A stretch of DNA of 63,852 bases, the filler included, from Aduncisulcus paluster (Eukaryota), in assembly GCA_024181965.1 (NCBI GenBank). It is 11 parts of 11 records of this genome, joined end to end, with 100 filler letters (N's around TTAATTAATTAA, not from the genome) between each part and the next. Parts side by side here need not be neighbours in the genome. Positions count along the whole stretch, not along the records: positions 61,011 to 63,852 come from BQXS01010164.1; 10 more parts are not named here. One strand, given 5' to 3'. This document shows, in pieces, positions 61,455 to 63,852 of the stretch. The position numbers were made by a program, and so were the translations under genes. Each line of letters starts with the position of its first letter. Positions within the stretch are counted from its first letter, which is position 1. The notes beneath the pieces are model-generated. The model was not told the origin of the DNA. It did not search any database and saw only the letters and a program-made list of their open reading frames with translations.

Positions 61455-63852
61455 ATGAAAACAACCCCGTTTCAAGCATTTTCTATGTGGGACATTTTCC
61501 ATCTCCCTCTATTGAACGATTCCCGATGTTTTTTCGCGAAATTTTGCAATATATCCACGTATTCAATCATTATCATCAGTATTTTATTCATTGTTGAGTT
61601 TGTCTCTGGGAATCAAACTTATCAAATTCAAATTGAAGGAGATGAACTGAGATATTCCGTCTGTGAGCTTTCTGGTTATGGTTATACTTTATGTGATATT
61701 TCAGAATACGAAATGGCAGAGATAACAGGGATAGTGAGTGTCAAAAATAATGGAGATTTTGCCTCTCTTGTAGGCGCAGAGTACTTAATATCTATGAATT
61801 ATGCTTCTTTCTATGATGATGCCCTTACTTTATGTGCCCCTTTGGCCAATCTCACACAGCTCACAACCATCGAAATTGATGTGGCATTGAATGATGTTCA
61901 TCCTAACCACAATATCGGAGATGTTAATGTCTTGTATAAATTAACACGATTAAAATCATCCTGGTTAGAGGGGAATTCTTCTGTTTTTGACCCTTCTGTG
62001 ATGTATAGAAATATTGGATTGCATGATTTATATTTGGCACAACATTTTGTTGGAGCTTCATATGCTGAAGTATGTAGAAGAGAATCAGACTCAGAATTTA
62101 TTGATTTTTTCTCAAAAGTAATGTATTTCAGTGAAGAAGAGACTTATCTTGAAACAAATTGTCCTCTAAACGATGATCCTCCCAATTCTCCCAATTATTG
62201 TGATGCCTCTAACCCCCTTTGCCCCTCTATTGTACTTAATGAGGTGTATGACAACACTAGCAATACCCTAGAATGTGCATTCATTGCCAAGTCAGTTGGT
62301 GGTAGATGTTATACCGTTCATGATAATACTCTGAGAAGTTATCTTATAACAAATTGTGGTGCGGCCGTTAAAAGCAATGGTATCATCAGTGTTGATACAT
62401 TAAGAACTGGTCTTTCCTCTTCCTGTGCGACCTTTTCTCTTTCTGCAATTACTGGATCTGGCTCCGAGAATAATATCGATACTCTACAAGGCCTTGAGTA
62501 TGCCCAAGGGTTGAGCACTTCAGGCACTCTTGGTATTACGTCCTTGAATGTTAGTGGCTATCAGTTGAGTGCATCGAATTCTACCGCCGAGTATGACCGT
62601 TTAGTTGTGCAAATCCTTGCTAAATCCATCAGAAAAGAATGGACCGATTCTGGAACTACCTACGTAGTTCAGAGTGGGTTAACCTCACTCTATGCTAGTG
62701 GGTGTGATTTAGCTGAGCTTGATGATATTCTTGATCTCACCCCAATTGCAGCTGGTGATTATCTGACCCAACCATTCATTTTGGAGACTCTTGACGTCAG
62801 TTCTAATCATATCTCCGATGTTTCAGCATTGATCTCCTCGGAATTCTTCCCTCAAGATTCGCTTTCAAGTCTTAATATCAGTGATAATTTCATCTGTGAT
62901 ATCTCTGAAACTGTAACGACCTTGAATAACTATTTCAATAGCATCTCTATCACTTCCAATACACAATCTGCCAGTGTTCTGAAACCTTTTCCTTCTCAGA
63001 TTATAAGACATGTCGGCAACGTGCCAATTCGTCATATCAAGTTGAGTGTTGGGATGGATATTATTGGGATAAGAATGTTGACAAGTGCATGCAAGCATGT
63101 CCGGTTGGCGAATCAATGAGTCGTGAAGGTGTATGTGCTGGCCATTCGACCATCACGTGGAATAATTCCCTTCGATGTGATGTCTGTAAGCCTAAGAGTA
63201 ATCTCCAATCTATTCTTGGGTCTGATGGTACTGTAGTGTGTGGAGAAAGGTGTGCCACAACTAATACCTACGGGAACTCCTGTTCGAGTTCCTGTCCTGT
63301 GTCGCTTGTAACCCAAACTGCATGCAATGGTTACCCATGCTCTTCAAATGAATGTTCATGTCCTTCAGATTTGTATGGCGATGCATGTGAATACATTGTA
63401 ATTCCTGATGATGCTGTCCGTGATGGTGTGCAGACTGCTCTTGGATATACATTAGATTATACATTTGATATCTCCACGTATGAGATGGGCACTATCACAT
63501 CACTGACCGTGTCTTGTGAGGTGAGTTCATTTGCTGGACTTGAATATGCAGATGTCCTTACATCTTTTAATATGCTTGGAACTGAAAGCTCTTCTGTTGG
63601 TGATCTGTTCCCACTGTCTTCAATGTCTGCCCTTGAAACGTTTATCTGTACCAACTGTTCCATTTCAGACCTTTCCCCATTGTATTCCTTGCCGAACCTG
63701 CTGACCATCTCTGTTGTTGGCAATAATATCTGTGTAGGTTCCTCCGAGTCCACTGAAGATCTTGGTAGTAAGTTCCACAATTATGGAGAGGCTGGGTTCA
63801 GCCTTGATCTTGGTTCTGATCTTGCAACTGATCAAACGTGCGACTCTACTGG
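61455..63852 (+). CDS. LRR + EGF/Cys-rich surface protein; single-base frameshift at ~62964-62967; runs off the window
   Basis: Signal/TM YSIIIISILFIVEFVSG, CPSIVLNEVY, IDTLQGLEYA, LETLDVSSNHISDVS. After the shift the frame CQCSETFSFSDYKTCRQ..VECWDGYY..CSCPSDLYGDACE..SFAGLEYA continues. Confidence 0.82.

Noticed and set aside
62960-62970. Recoding site in the last LRR gene
   Set aside because: A single missing base (CAA ATC to CAATC) with no recoding signal; error or recent inactivation.

Overview
AT-rich, gene-dense eukaryotic protist DNA using the standard genetic code, with few short GT-AG introns. The window is not one locus. It is about 11 short scaffolds joined by artificial N-TTAATTAATTAA-N linkers, and nine 20-N gaps inside scaffolds have duplicated flanks that split genes artefactually. 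Gene content and the expanded families suggest a flagellated metamonad, probably a Carpediemonas-like fornicate such as Aduncisulcus; this is from recollection and unverified. Conserved genes: RPN8/PSMD7, tRNA-Ser(GCT), ZNF277, PP1, IFT81, SBDS, MAPK15/ERK7, ADAT2, PMS2-type MutL, USP14 and RABGGTB. Three lineage-specific families: (i) proteins with tandem ~165-aa beta-rich repeats resembling DOC/APC10, usually fused to an unusual kinase; (ii) internalin-like LRR + EGF/Cys-rich surface proteins; (iii) an ARM-like repeat protein. The main unexplained signals are a ~430-nt multi-arm, G-U-rich structured RNA candidate at 41671-42097, the repeat-kinase cassette family with duplicated promoters, and a hidden spliced last exon that gives a kinase-LRR protein a C-terminal CaaX motif.
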